A stretch of DNA of 64,000 nt from Solirubrobacteraceae bacterium (GTDB taxonomy: Bacteria; Actinomycetota; Thermoleophilia; Solirubrobacterales; Solirubrobacteraceae), in assembly GCA_035535075.1 (NCBI GenBank), contig DATLQS010000012.1:6494-70493 (forward strand). Direction: 5' to 3'. Of this stretch, positions 27,778 through 37,637 are shown piece after piece. Position numbers and translations under genes: made by a program. The notes below the pieces were generated by a model. That model did no database searches. It worked only from the letters and a program-made list of their open reading frames with translations, and was not told where the DNA came from. How positions within the stretch are numbered: the first letter of the stretch is position 1; each line of letters starts with the position of its first letter.

Positions 27778-29925
27778 ATGCCACGGACCCGTATTCACAA
27801 CGTCTCCGCCGCTCAGTGGACCGCGAACGGCGAGGCCTGGGGCGGCCGGGATCTCACCCAGACCGCCAATCAGGTCTTCGGAGCGAACGTCTTCAGCGCC
27901 GCCGAGCAGCGCAAGCGGCTGCCCAAGCACGTCTACGCCCAGCTGCGCACGACGGTCGCCCGCGGTGCCGAGCTGGACACCTCGCTGGCCGACGCGGTCG
28001 CGCAGGCGATGAAGGAGTGGGCGCTGGAGAACGGCGCCACCCACTACACGCACTGGTTCCAGCCGCTGACCGGCTCCACGGCGGAGAAGCACGACTCCTT
28101 CTACGGCCCGGTCGGCGACGGCACCGCGATGGCGGACTTCACGGGCAAGGAGCTGATCCAGGGCGAGCCCGACGCATCGAGCTTCCCGACCGGCGGGATC
28201 CGCGCGACCTTCGAGGCGCGCGGCTACACCGCCTGGGATCCGACCTCGCCGGCGTTCCTGCTGGAGAACCCCAACGGCGCGCTGCTGTGCATCCCGACGG
28301 CATTCGCCTCGTGGACGGGAGAGGCGCTCGACCACAAGATCCCGCTGCTGCGCTCGATGGACGCGCTGTCCGAGGCCGCGCTGCGCGCGCTGCGGCTGCT
28401 CGGCGACGAGGAGTCCGAACGCGTCTTCACCACCGTCGGCCCCGAGCAGGAGTACTTCCTGATCGACGAGCAGTACTACTTCGAGCGGCCCGACCTCGTC
28501 ACCACCGGGCGCACGCTGTTCGGCGCCAAGCCACCGAAGGGGCACGAGCTCGACGATCACTACTTCGGTTCGATCCCGGAGCGCATCCTGGCCTTCATGC
28601 TGGAGAGCGAGCGCGAGCTGGCCAAGCTCGGCGTGCCGGTCAAGACCCGCCACAACGAGGTCGCCCCCAACCAATACGAGATCGCCCCGGTGTTCGAGGG
28701 CACCAACGTCGGCTGCGACCACCAGATGCTGACCATGCAGGTGCTCCAGAACACGGCCCGCCGCTACGGGCTGGTCTGCCTGCTGCACGAAAAGCCGTTC
28801 GCCGGCGTCAACGGCTCGGGCAAGCACAACAACTGGTCGATGGGCACCGACACCGGCAACAACCTGCTCGAGCCGGGCGACACGCCGCACGAGAACCTCT
28901 CGTTCCTGCTCTTCGCCACCGCCGTCATCGAGGCGGTCGACACCCACCAGCAGCTGCTCCGCGCCTCGATCGCGAGCATCGGCCAGGATCACCGGCTCGG
29001 AGCCAACGAGGCGCCCCCGGCGATCATCTCGATCTTCCTCGGCTCCGAGCTCGAGGGGATCTTCTCGGCGATCGCGGAGGGCAAGGCGAGCATCTCGAAG
29101 ACGGGGTCGTTCCTCGGCCTCGGGACGCCGGTGCTGCCTCCGCTCCCGCTGCACTCCGGCGACCGCAACCGCACCAGCCCGTTCGCGTTCACCGGCAACA
29201 AGTTCGAGTTCCGCGCGCTCGGCTCGAGCCAGTCGCCATCGTTCCCGAACACCGTGCTGAACACGATCGTCGCCGAGGCGATCGACTCGCTCGCCGAGAA
29301 GCTCGACGCCGCGCTGAAGGACGGCGCGAGCCTCGAGAAGGCGATCCTGGGAATCGTCAGGGACTCCTACAAGACCCACCGGCGCATCGTCTTCAACGGC
29401 GACAACTACGCGGAGGCGTGGCACAAGGAGGCGCAGAAGCGCGGCCTGGCGAACCTGCGCTCGACGGCCGACGCGCTGCCGTGGCTCATCGAGCGCCCGA
29501 CCGTCGCGGTGTTCAAGCGCTTCAAGGTGCTGACCAAGCGCGAGCTGGAAGCCCGCTACGAGGTGTTCATCGAGCAGTACTCGGTGAAGCTCAACATCGA
29601 AGCCGAGACCGCGGCGTCGATCGCGCGCACGCTGCTGCTGCCGGCGGCGCTGCGTCACCTCGCCCGGCTGCGCGAAGCCGGCGTCGAAAGCCTGATCGAG
29701 GAGACCAACGACCTCGTGTCGCGGTTCGTCGACGCGATCGTCGCGCTGGAGCGCGTGAACGCCCCGCATCCGGACGTCGACGGACTCAAGCACGCGCTGT
29801 ACATGCGCGACGAGGTCGTCCCGGCGATGGACGGCGTGCGCGCGATCGCCGACCGGCTCGAGCGGGTCGTCTCCGACGACCTCTGGCCGCTGCCGAAGTA
29901 CTCGGAGATGCTGTTCATCAAGTAG
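27778..29925 (+). CDS. glnN: glutamine synthetase, type III
   Basis: 715 aa. AGGAGGA lies 8 nt upstream of the ATG. Length and motifs match GS-III from memory: [33 protein letters not shown] and [17 protein letters not shown]. Confidence 0.92.
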   Translation: MPRTRIHNVSAAQWTANGEAWGGRDLTQTANQVFGANVFSAAEQRKRLPKHVYAQLRTTVARGAELDTSLADAVAQAMKEWALENGATHYTHWFQPLTGSTAEKHDSFYGPVGDGTAMADFTGKELIQGEPDASSFPTGGIRATFEARGYTAWDPTSPAFLLENPNGALLCIPTAFASWTGEALDHKIPLLRSMDALSEAALRALRLLGDEESERVFTTVGPEQEYFLIDEQYYFERPDLVTTGRTLFGAKPPKGHELDDHYFGSIPERILAFMLESERELAKLGVPVKTRHNEVAPNQYEIAPVFEGTNVGCDHQMLTMQVLQNTARRYGLVCLLHEKPFAGVNGSGKHNNWSMGTDTGNNLLEPGDTPHENLSFLLFATAVIEAVDTHQQLLRASIASIGQDHRLGANEAPPAIISIFLGSELEGIFSAIAEGKASISKTGSFLGLGTPVLPPLPLHSGDRNRTSPFAFTGNKFEFRALGSSQSPSFPNTVLNTIVAEAIDSLAEKLDAALKDGASLEKAILGIVRDSYKTHRRIVFNGDNYAEAWHKEAQKRGLANLRSTADALPWLIERPTVAVFKRFKVLTKRELEARYEVFIEQYSVKLNIEAETAASIARTLLLPAALRHLARLREAGVESLIEETNDLVSRFVDAIVALERVNAPHPDVDGLKHALYMRDEVVPAMDGVRAIADRLERVVSDDLWPLPKYSEMLFIK

Positions 29926-29952
29926 CCGCGGCACGTGCGGCGCACGCGACGC

Positions 29953-30228
29953 TCAGCGACGGCCGGCCCCGGCTGGCCGTCGCGGACATGCGACCAGCGC
30001 GAGCTTCGCGGCACGCGACAGGCGCTTGATTCGCGCCTCCTCGCGCCGCGCCGCGCTCGCGTCGGCCATGGCGAAGCTGGCAACCAGCTCCACGGGCAGG
30101 CGCGAGCGCGTGTACCGGCTCCCGTCCCCGGCCCGGTGGGAGACCAGGCGGCGCTCCAGATCGACCGTCCACCCGGTGTAGAGCGAGCCGTCGGCGCAGC
30201 GCAGGATGTAGACCCAGGCGTCGGCCAT
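29953..30228 (-). CDS. GIY-YIG domain protein (UPF0213-like)
   Basis: 91 aa: VYILRCADGSLYTGWTVDLERRLVSH. Confidence 0.8.
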   Translation of the reverse strand: MADAWVYILRCADGSLYTGWTVDLERRLVSHRAGDGSRYTRSRLPVELVASFAMADASAARREEARIKRLSRAAKLALVACPRRPAGAGRR

Positions 30229-30298
30229 CGTGTTCAGCTACGCCGCCGGCACCAGATCGCCTGCCGTCCGCGACCGCGACTGTCGCGCCCGCCGTCGC

Positions 30299-32647
30299 TC
30301 AGACGATCGATGCCGCGCCGCCCGTGCTGCGCACCTCGGGCGCCTGCAGCGTCACCGGCGCCGTGTGCATTGCGCGCAGCTTGACGTCGCGCCACGACAT
30401 GCCCTCGCGCAGCAATGCCGGGATCCCCATCACCACCGCCGTCGTCACCTCGATTGCCTGGAGGACGATTCCGTAGGCGATCGCCTCCGCCGTCGAGACG
30501 TGAAAGGCCCCAGCCAGCACGGCGACGCAGGCCGCCTGGAACACGCCGACGTTCGACGGCGCCGCCGGGAGCACCGCGGTCACGTTGACCGCGAACAGCA
30601 CGCCGGCCGCGGCGGCGAGGCCGGCGCGGTGGTCGAGGCCGAGCGCGATCAGCAGTACGTAGCAGGAGGCGCACTGGAGCATCCACGCACCGAGTTGCGC
30701 GCTGACGGCGATCGCCCCGAGTCGCGGCTCGCGGAACACTCGCATTCCGGCGCGCAGTCGGATCAGCACCAGGCGCAGTTGGGCTCGGAAGGCGTCCAGG
30801 CGCATCGAGCGCGATGGACCGCCACGGCGGCCGACGATCAACGGCGCGGCGAGGATCAGCCCCGCGAGGACCGCCGGGCCGACGGCAACGGCGATCAACG
30901 CGGTGTGGCGACCGTTGAAGAGGTCGACGCTGGTGAACATCACGGCGCCCAGACCGGCCAGCGCGAGCAGGTTCAGGAGCGTCTGGGAGACGATCGTCCC
31001 GAGCACGATCGGGAAGGTCTCGGCCGGGCGGCCGACGCGGCGGGCGACGATCAGCGAGCGCGATGGCTCACCGAGCCGTGCCGGCAACGTCGCACTCATC
31101 AGCACGCCGATGAAGGTGCCCTGCATCGCGTCGGCGCGGCGCACCCTCGAGCCGGGCAGGGCGGCTCGGAGGATCGCGTGCCAGGCGATGCCGCGCGCCG
31201 CCATCGCCGCGCACATCAGCGCGAGGCCGAAGATCACCCACGACGGCTGGGAGGTCACCAGCGCCCGGGCGATCCGTCCCGGGCCGATCTGCTCGACCGC
31301 GAGCACCGCCGCCGCGACGCCGGCAGCGCCGACCATCGCGAACAGCGCGCGCCGCAGCCCGGTGAGCGCCCGCTGGCGCCGGGTGCGCTCGTCGCGTTCG
31401 AGACTTGGCAGACGCCGCTGCGCCGGACGGCGCTCGGCCAAATCGGCACCGCGCGCGCCGATGCGCACCGCGGCGCGCATGATCGCGCCGCGCGGCTCGG
31501 GGATCGCAATCGCGTCCTCGTACGCGTTGAGGACCTCGGCGGCGACGAGCGGCCAGGCGTAGTCGTGGGCGTGCTCGGCGGCGGCCAGCGACATCGCCTG
31601 ACGCCGCGGGACGTCGAAGGCCAGTTCGAGCAGCGTCTGCGCGAGCGCCGTCGCATCGCCGCGCCCGAACAGCACCCCGTCGAGGCCGTCGCGCACGACA
31701 TCGTTGTAGCCCGCGATGTCGGAGGCCACGACCGGCGTGCCGACGGCGAAGGCCTCGGTCAGCACCATGCCGAAGCTCTCCCCGCCGAGCGCCGGGGCGA
31801 CCAGCAGATCGGCCGCCCCGAGGACCGCGATCTTCTCGGCGTCGCCGACCTTGCCGAGGGCGTTGACCCCCTGGAGGTCGGCCAGCATCATCTCGAGCTC
31901 GGCGTGCTCGACGCCGATCACATCGAAGCTCACCGGGACGTGCTCGCGCAACGCCTCGAACGCGCGCAGCGCGACCGGGAGCCCCTTGCGCGCCACCGCC
32001 TGGCCGACGAACGCGAGGCGCAGGGGCTGCTGGGCACTCGGCATGCCGGCAGCCGCGCGGCTGATCCGATCGGGCACCGCCACGCCATTGGGGATCACGC
32101 GATAGTGCCCCCCGAAGAAACGTTCACCGGTCCACGCCGCCGCCCGTGACACGGCGATCCGCACGTGCAGGCTGTTGAACCGCCGCCGCGCGCCGGCGAG
32201 ATTCCCAAGGTTGTTGGTCAGCCGGTTCGTCGAGTAGGTGTGAAAGGTCCCGACGGTCGGCAGACCGCTCGAACGGACCGCGTCCCATCCGACGACGGGC
32301 ACGATCGGCTCGTGGACATGGACCACGTCGTAGTCGCCCGCGCGCAGCTCCTGACGCATGCGCACCACCGCGGACGGAGCGAGCGCGACATTCGAGACGG
32401 CGCCGTTGGCGCGAAGCCCGACCGTGCGGCCCAGCGAGACGACGTTGGCCGACTGCTCGCGCGCCTGCGGACGGGCCCCGCGATGCAGCCGCACGCTGAG
32501 TCGGTCGTCAGGGTCAAACGGGGTGAGAATCCGCGGTTCGTGCCCGATGGCCGCGAGCTCGTCCGCGAGCGCCTCGATGTGACGGGTGACCCCCCCGGGA
32601 TACGTCCACGAGTAGGGCGAGACGAGGGCGATCCGCATCGCCGTCAT
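30299..32647 (-). CDS. fusion of GT4 glycosyltransferase (N-terminal) with a multi-pass lysyl-PG-synthase-TM/flippase-like domain (C-terminal)
   Basis: 782 aa. N-terminus MRIALVSPYSWTYPGGVTRHI ... ESFGMVLTEAFAVGTPVVASDIAGYNDVV (EX7E). The C-terminal ~330 aa form about 8 hydrophobic segments rich in small residues. Confidence 0.8.
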   Translation of the reverse strand: MTAMRIALVSPYSWTYPGGVTRHIEALADELAAIGHEPRILTPFDPDDRLSVRLHRGARPQAREQSANVVSLGRTVGLRANGAVSNVALAPSAVVRMRQELRAGDYDVVHVHEPIVPVVGWDAVRSSGLPTVGTFHTYSTNRLTNNLGNLAGARRRFNSLHVRIAVSRAAAWTGERFFGGHYRVIPNGVAVPDRISRAAAGMPSAQQPLRLAFVGQAVARKGLPVALRAFEALREHVPVSFDVIGVEHAELEMMLADLQGVNALGKVGDAEKIAVLGAADLLVAPALGGESFGMVLTEAFAVGTPVVASDIAGYNDVVRDGLDGVLFGRGDATALAQTLLELAFDVPRRQAMSLAAAEHAHDYAWPLVAAEVLNAYEDAIAIPEPRGAIMRAAVRIGARGADLAERRPAQRRLPSLERDERTRRQRALTGLRRALFAMVGAAGVAAAVLAVEQIGPGRIARALVTSQPSWVIFGLALMCAAMAARGIAWHAILRAALPGSRVRRADAMQGTFIGVLMSATLPARLGEPSRSLIVARRVGRPAETFPIVLGTIVSQTLLNLLALAGLGAVMFTSVDLFNGRHTALIAVAVGPAVLAGLILAAPLIVGRRGGPSRSMRLDAFRAQLRLVLIRLRAGMRVFREPRLGAIAVSAQLGAWMLQCASCYVLLIALGLDHRAGLAAAAGVLFAVNVTAVLPAAPSNVGVFQAACVAVLAGAFHVSTAEAIAYGIVLQAIEVTTAVVMGIPALLREGMSWRDVKLRAMHTAPVTLQAPEVRSTGGAASIV

Positions 32648-32751
32648 GGTAGCGGCGCGGTGTCCGCCCGTATACTCGAGATTCTAAGAATGCCCCCGCA
32701 TGGCCGCGTGAGACAGACCATCCGCATGCCCGATACGTCGGGCCCGCGCGG

Positions 32752-34119
32752 ATGAGCGATTCCGGCGACGCCAAGGTTCGCGTCGCGATCATCGGCTCGG
32801 GGCCGGCCGGCAGCTACACCGCCGGGCACCTGCTGCGTCACACCGCCCGCGAGGTGCACGTCGATCTCTACGAGCGCCTGCCCACCCCCTGGGGTCTCGT
32901 TCGCGCCGGTGTCGCACCCGACCACCCGAAGATCAAATCGGTCACCAACCTGTACGAGCGCACGGCGGAGCACCCGCGTCTGCGGCTGTTCGCCAACGTC
33001 GAGTTCGGCAAGCACCTGACGCTCGCCGACTACCGCAGGCACTACCACGCGATCGTCTACGCGGTGGGGACGCCGACCGACCGCGCGATGGGAATCCCGG
33101 GCGAGGACCTGCGCGGCAGCTATTCGGCCACCGACTTCGTCGGCTGGTACAACGGACACCCGGACTTCCGCGACCGCGAGTTCGAGCTGGGGGGAGAGCG
33201 GGTGGTCGTGATCGGCGCCGGCAACGTGGCGCTCGACGTCGCCCGGATGCTGGTGCTCACGCGCGCCGAGCTCGCCGGCACCGACATCGCCGATCACGCG
33301 CTCGACGTGCTGACGGGCAGCGGTGTCCGCGAGGTGCTCGTCGTCGCCCGGCGCGGCGCCGCGCAGGCCGCGTTCACCAACCCGGAGCTGCGCGAGCTCG
33401 CCGAGCTGGCCGACGCCGACGTCCTCGTCGACCCGGCCGAGCTCGCGCTCGGCGACGCGTTCGCCGATCCGGACGCCGACGCCAGCGCCAAGCGCAACGT
33501 CGAGATTCTCCGCGCGTACTCCGCGCAGCCACCGGCGGGCCGCACGCGCCGCGTCGCGCTGCGCTTCCTGCTCTCTCCCGTGGAACTCACCGGCACCGAT
33601 CGGGTCGAGTCGGTCACCGTCGTGCGCAACACCCTCGAGGCCGGCAAGGACGGAAGTCTGCGCGCCCGCGCGACCGACGAGCGGCTCGAGCTTCCGGCCG
33701 ACGCCGTGTTTCGCGCGATCGGCTATCGCGGCACGCCGCTCGCCGACGTTCCGTTCGACGCCGTCAGCGGGCTGATCAGCAACGAGGGCGGGCGCGTGCG
33801 GCGCGGCGAGTACGTCGTCGGTTGGGCCAAGCGCGGCCCCAGCGGCGTCATCGGGACCAACAAGAAGGACGCCAACGACACCGTCGACCGGCTGCTCGAA
33901 GACCTCGCCGCCGGCCGGCTGCTGGACCCGCCGCCGATCGGCGACGCGGCGCTCGAGGCGTTCGTCCGCGGCCGCCAGCCCCAGCTCGTCGACTACGAGG
34001 GCTGGGTGCGCATCGACCGCCACGAGCGCGGCCTCGGCGAGCCGGCCGGGCGTCCGCGGGTCAAGCTCACCCGCCTGGAGGAGATGCTCGACGCGGTCGG
34101 GAACGAGAGCGGTGGCTGA
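32752..34119 (+). CDS. fprA: NADPH-ferredoxin (adrenodoxin-type) reductase
   Basis: 455 aa with VAIIGSGPAGSYTA, VVVIGAGNVALDVARML and GWAKRGPSGVIGTNK. Confidence 0.9.
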   Translation: MSDSGDAKVRVAIIGSGPAGSYTAGHLLRHTAREVHVDLYERLPTPWGLVRAGVAPDHPKIKSVTNLYERTAEHPRLRLFANVEFGKHLTLADYRRHYHAIVYAVGTPTDRAMGIPGEDLRGSYSATDFVGWYNGHPDFRDREFELGGERVVVIGAGNVALDVARMLVLTRAELAGTDIADHALDVLTGSGVREVLVVARRGAAQAAFTNPELRELAELADADVLVDPAELALGDAFADPDADASAKRNVEILRAYSAQPPAGRTRRVALRFLLSPVELTGTDRVESVTVVRNTLEAGKDGSLRARATDERLELPADAVFRAIGYRGTPLADVPFDAVSGLISNEGGRVRRGEYVVGWAKRGPSGVIGTNKKDANDTVDRLLEDLAAGRLLDPPPIGDAALEAFVRGRQPQLVDYEGWVRIDRHERGLGEPAGRPRVKLTRLEEMLDAVGNESGG

Positions 34120-34738
34120 CAAGGCGACCGAGCACCTGCGTGCCGCCGATCCGGTGTTCGCCGCGCTGATCGATCGGCTCGGCACGGTGCCCGCGCGCCG
34201 GCGCCCGCCGCGGCCGAGCCCCGGCGAACACTACGCCGGCTTGGTGCGCACGATCGTCGGCCAGCAGCTCTCGACCAGGGCGGCAGCGGCGATCTGGCAG
34301 CGCGTGCTCACGCACTTCGGCGGTCGGCCGCCGTCCCCGGAGGAGGTGCTCGCCGCCGACCCGGAGGAGCTGCGCGCCGCCGGCGGCCTGTCGCGCTCCA
34401 AGACCGGCTATCTGCGTTCGCTGGCCGAGCATGTCATCGACGGGTCGCTCGAACTCGACCGGCTCAACGATCTCGACGACGACGCGGTGATCGCCGAGCT
34501 GGTCGCGGTGAAGGGGATCGGCGAGTGGAGCGCGCACATGTTCCTGATGTTCCAGCTCGAGCGTCCCGACGTGCTCGCCCCGGGCGACCTCGGGATTCGC
34601 AAGGGCGTTCAGATCAGCTACGGGCTGGAAGCCCTGCCGACGCCCGCCGAGATCGTCGCCCTCGCCGAGCCCTGGCGGCCCTACCGCACGGCGGCCTGCC
34701 TGTACCTCTGGCGTTCGATCGACGCGCCGCCGCAATAG
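34112..34738 (+). CDS. DNA-3-methyladenine glycosylase II family protein (short HhH-GPD form)
   Basis: 208 aa. GTG 34112 overlaps the fprA end by 8 nt. IVGQQLSTRAA ... LVAVKGIGEWSAHMFLMFQL ... APGDLGIRKG. Confidence 0.82.
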   Translation: MADKATEHLRAADPVFAALIDRLGTVPARRRPPRPSPGEHYAGLVRTIVGQQLSTRAAAAIWQRVLTHFGGRPPSPEEVLAADPEELRAAGGLSRSKTGYLRSLAEHVIDGSLELDRLNDLDDDAVIAELVAVKGIGEWSAHMFLMFQLERPDVLAPGDLGIRKGVQISYGLEALPTPAEIVALAEPWRPYRTAACLYLWRSIDAPPQ

Positions 34739-34802
34739 AGCTCAGCGACGGCCGCTGCGCAGACCGGCGTCGGCCACGGCCTGCGTGATTCGTCGCTCGC
34801 GC

Positions 34803-34825
34803 GAATGCGGCGCCCGGCCGCATTC
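34803..34825. terminator. 9-bp hairpin between convergent genes (possible bidirectional terminator)
   Basis: gaatgcggc - gcccg - gccgcattc, between the glycosylase stop (34738) and the erpA stop (34831). No T-tract. Confidence 0.3.
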
Positions 34826-34830
34826 ACCGC

Positions 34831-35184
34831 TCAGACCGGCGAGCAGGACTCCTGGTCGGCGACGCGAAACGAGCTGCCGCAGCCGCAGGCCGCGACCACG
34901 TTGGGGTTCTCGACCTTGAAACCCGCCCCGGTGAGCGCCTCGACGTAGTCGATCTGGGACCCGTCGACGTACTCCAAGGCCGCCGGCTCGACGAGCAGCT
35001 TGAGCCCGTGGCTCTCGAAGACCCTGTCGTCGGCGCGTTGCTCGTCGAACGCGAGCTGGTACTGGAAGCCCGAGCAGCCGCCGCCACGAACGCCGACCCG
35101 AAGGCCCGCAACCGCGACGTCGGCGCCCTGCGCGTCGAGGTACTCACGTGCCTTCTCCGCGCCCTTGTCAGTCATCGAGATCAT
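34831..35184 (-). CDS. erpA: iron-sulfur cluster insertion protein (HesB/IscA/ErpA family)
   Basis: 117 aa with GGGCSGFQY and the C-terminal ACGCGSSF. Confidence 0.9.
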   Translation of the reverse strand: MISMTDKGAEKAREYLDAQGADVAVAGLRVGVRGGGCSGFQYQLAFDEQRADDRVFESHGLKLLVEPAALEYVDGSQIDYVEALTGAGFKVENPNVVAACGCGSSFRVADQESCSPV

Positions 35185-35234
35185 TGCTTCCCAAAGTATA
35201 GCGACCTGCGCGCGTACTCTAAACTTGTTGCCAG

Positions 35235-35462
35235 ATGCCTGACGCAGCCACCATCAAGGCCCGCATCGAGGCGGCGATACCGGGTGCCCAGGCGGAGGTC
35301 GAGGACTGGACCGGCGGCGGCGACCACTTCCGCGCGACGGTGGTCGCCGACGCTTTCGCAGGACTCTCGCGCATCCAACAGCACCGCCTCGTCTACGAGA
35401 TCTTCGGCGCGGAGATCGGCGGTCCGATCCATGCCCTGTCATTGAAGACGCACAGCCAGTGA
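35235..35462 (+). CDS. BolA family protein
   Basis: 75 aa: GGGDHFRATVVADAFAGLSRIQQHRLVY ... IHALSLKT. Confidence 0.85.
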   Translation: MPDAATIKARIEAAIPGAQAEVEDWTGGGDHFRATVVADAFAGLSRIQQHRLVYEIFGAEIGGPIHALSLKTHSQ

Positions 35463-35472
35463 GGAACCACCC

Positions 35473-35868
35473 ATGACCGATCAGCACGACAACCCGATCC
35501 GCCAGGCCGTTGCCGACGCGATCGCGAACAACGACGTCATCCTGTTCATGAAGGGAACGCCCGAGGCACCGGCCTGCGGGTTCTCGGCGCGAACCGTCGG
35601 GGCGCTGCAGGCGCTCGACACCCGCTTCGCCGCGGTCGACATCCTGCCCGACCCGCGCATCCGCCAGGAGCTCACGGCGCTCTCGCAGTGGCCGACCATC
35701 CCCCAACTGTTCGTCGGCGGCGAACTGGTCGGCGGTTGCGACATCGTCACCGAGATGTTCGAGACCGGCGAGCTCGCCGCGCTGCTCGGCGCCGAGGGTC
35801 AGGCGCACGCGTCCGAGCCGGCGGTCGCCGACGGCTCCACGCTGCAGATCGAGAACCGACTGTCCTGA
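35473..35868 (+). CDS. grxD: monothiol glutaredoxin (CGFS type)
   Basis: 131 aa: VILFMKGTPEAPACGFS ... WPTIPQLFVGGELVGGCD. Confidence 0.9.
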   Translation: MTDQHDNPIRQAVADAIANNDVILFMKGTPEAPACGFSARTVGALQALDTRFAAVDILPDPRIRQELTALSQWPTIPQLFVGGELVGGCDIVTEMFETGELAALLGAEGQAHASEPAVADGSTLQIENRLS

Positions 35869-35954
35869 ACGCGGGCGGCGACCGTGGTCGGGGGTCCGCC
35901 GGGCCCGCGCGCGGCAACGAGCGCCGCAGACACCGAGAGTAGTGTCCGGGCCTC

Positions 35955-36818
35955 ATGCGGCCGGTCACGATCGTCACCGACTCGACGCACTACACGGCGC
36001 GCGAGCTGATCGTCGCCGCCGGGGTGCACGAGGTGAGCCTCTACGTCCGCGACGGCGACAGCACGCGGCGCGAGAGCGAGATCACCGACTACGACGCGTT
36101 CTACGCGCGGCTGCGCGACGCCGCGGAGTTGCCGACCACCTCCCAGCCGTCGATCGGCGACTTCGTCGCGGCCTATGAGCCGCTGCTGGCTGCCGGCAAC
36201 GACATCGTGTCGATCCACCTCGCCGGCGGGATCTCGGGCACCGTCGGCGCCGCGGCCCAGGCCAAGGCGCTGCTCGACGAGCGCCACGGCGTCGGCCGCA
36301 TCGAGGTCCTCGACACCCAGACCGCGTGCGGCGGCCTCGGCTGCATCGTGCTGGCCGCCGCCGCCGCGGCGCGCTCCGGCGCCGGCGTGGACGAGGTTCT
36401 CGACCGCGCCCACCAGGCGCGCGCCGCGCTGGCGATCTGGTTCTGCATCGACACGCTCGAATATCTGCAGCGCGGGGGGCGCGTCGGCCGCGCGCAGGCC
36501 TGGCTCGGCGGCGCGCTGAAGATCAAGCCGATCCTCTCGCTGGAGGCAGAGATCACACCGGTCGAGCGCGTCCGCACCTCGGGGCGGGCCTTCGAGCGAA
36601 TGGTCGACTACCTGCGCATGCGCCGCGACGACGGCGCCGACGGCTGGGTCATCCAGCACATCCAGGCCCCGGAGCGGGCCGCCGCGCTCGTCGAGTGCGG
36701 CCGCGAGCTGTTCGGCTGCGAACCCCAGTGGGTCTCCGAGGTGGGGCCGGTGATCGGCACCTACACGGGTCCGGGGCTGATCGGCGTGGGCGGGGTGCCC
36801 GCCCGCCTGCTGCGCTGA
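35955..36818 (+). CDS. DegV family fatty-acid-binding protein
   Basis: 287 aa: VTIVTDSTHY ... TSQPSIGDF ... IHLAGGISGT ... GGRVGRAQA. Confidence 0.85.
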   Translation: MRPVTIVTDSTHYTARELIVAAGVHEVSLYVRDGDSTRRESEITDYDAFYARLRDAAELPTTSQPSIGDFVAAYEPLLAAGNDIVSIHLAGGISGTVGAAAQAKALLDERHGVGRIEVLDTQTACGGLGCIVLAAAAAARSGAGVDEVLDRAHQARAALAIWFCIDTLEYLQRGGRVGRAQAWLGGALKIKPILSLEAEITPVERVRTSGRAFERMVDYLRMRRDDGADGWVIQHIQAPERAAALVECGRELFGCEPQWVSEVGPVIGTYTGPGLIGVGGVPARLLR

Positions 36819-36830
36819 CCCCGGGTCGGT

Positions 36831-37046
36831 CTAGCGGCGCCGGCGCCGGAACACGGCGAGCCCGCCGCCGAGCAGGAAGCCGGCGATGGCCGCGCTGATC
36901 AGCGCGGGGCGCTGGTGCTCGTCCAGCTGCTTGCGCCAGTCGGTGATCTCGGCGACCTCGCCGCGCAGCCGTTCGATCGAGACGGCGAGGGCCATGCGGT
37001 TGGCCTCGATCGACGCGCGGATCTCCTCGGGCGAGCGTCCTGACAT
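36831..37046 (-). CDS. DUF3618-like small membrane-anchored protein
   Basis: 71 aa: SPEEIRASIEANRMALAVSIERLRGEV plus a C-terminal TM. Its ATG shares one nt with the upstream stop (TGATG). Confidence 0.65.
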   Translation of the reverse strand: MSGRSPEEIRASIEANRMALAVSIERLRGEVAEITDWRKQLDEHQRPALISAAIAGFLLGGGLAVFRRRRR

Positions 37047-37465
37047 CAGGCGACGTCCTCGCGTGGGCCGACCGCCTCGCGGATCTTCCGCGCCTCGTCG
37101 ATCGCCATCGTCGGCGACGGCGGCGAACCCCGGCGCAGCGCGCGCGCGGCAAGCCAGCCGGCGAGCACGCCGAGCACCAGCAGCAGCCCGGCGACCACGA
37201 AGAAGCCCCAGAAGAACTGGTCGGCCGGGAACAGCTCGAACCAGGCCAGCCAGGCGAGGCCGATCAGCACGAAGAGCATCGCGACGGCGATGAACACCCC
37301 GGCGGCGATCCCGACGATCGCCCCGGTGACGAGCTTGCCGATCTTCGCGCCGATCTCGGCTCGGGCGAGCTCGATCTCGTCGCGGATCAGCAGCGTCGCG
37401 CGCTCGGAGATCTCGGTGATCGCCGCAGCGATGTTCGCCGGGATCTCTTCCTGCTCAGCGGCCAA
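37046..37465 (-). CDS. actinobacterial holin-X / phage-holin-family-like membrane protein
   Basis: 139 aa with an N-terminal amphipathic helix then two TM segments (AIVGIAAGVFIAVAMLFVLIGLAWL, FFVVAGLLLVLGVLAGWLA). Confidence 0.65.
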   Translation of the reverse strand: MAAEQEEIPANIAAAITEISERATLLIRDEIELARAEIGAKIGKLVTGAIVGIAAGVFIAVAMLFVLIGLAWLAWFELFPADQFFWGFFVVAGLLLVLGVLAGWLAARALRRGSPPSPTMAIDEARKIREAVGPREDVA

Positions 37466-37637
37466 GGCGCCTCAGCAGGAACGCCGCGATGACGCCGCCG
37501 ACGAACGCCGCGCCGACGAGCACCTCGGGCCGGCCGCGCACCAGCTCCAAGCCGGCGGGCGAGGCCGCGGACTCGGCGGTCTGCTCGGCGGTACGCGAGC
37601 CGTTCGTCGAGGCTTCGTAGTCAGAGCCGACGTTCAC
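37455..37637 (-). CDS. small membrane protein (hypothetical)
   Basis: 60 aa with a GTG start and high GC3. C-terminal TM VLVGAAFVGGVIAAFLL. Overlaps the next gene by 11 nt. Confidence 0.5.
   Translation of the reverse strand: MNVGSDYEASTNGSRTAEQTAESAASPAGLELVRGRPEVLVGAAFVGGVIAAFLLRRLGR

Noticed and set aside
29953-30228. GIY-YIG gene as a sign of a homing endonuclease / mobile intron
   Set aside because: It encodes only the ~90-aa UPF0213-type stand-alone domain. There is no DNA-binding extension, no intron-like flanks and no interrupted host gene or repeats around it.
37046-37465. Holin-like gene as evidence of a prophage
   Set aside because: No endolysin, terminase, capsid, integrase or att-like repeats are nearby. 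Neighbours are housekeeping-type genes, and the composition matches the surroundings.
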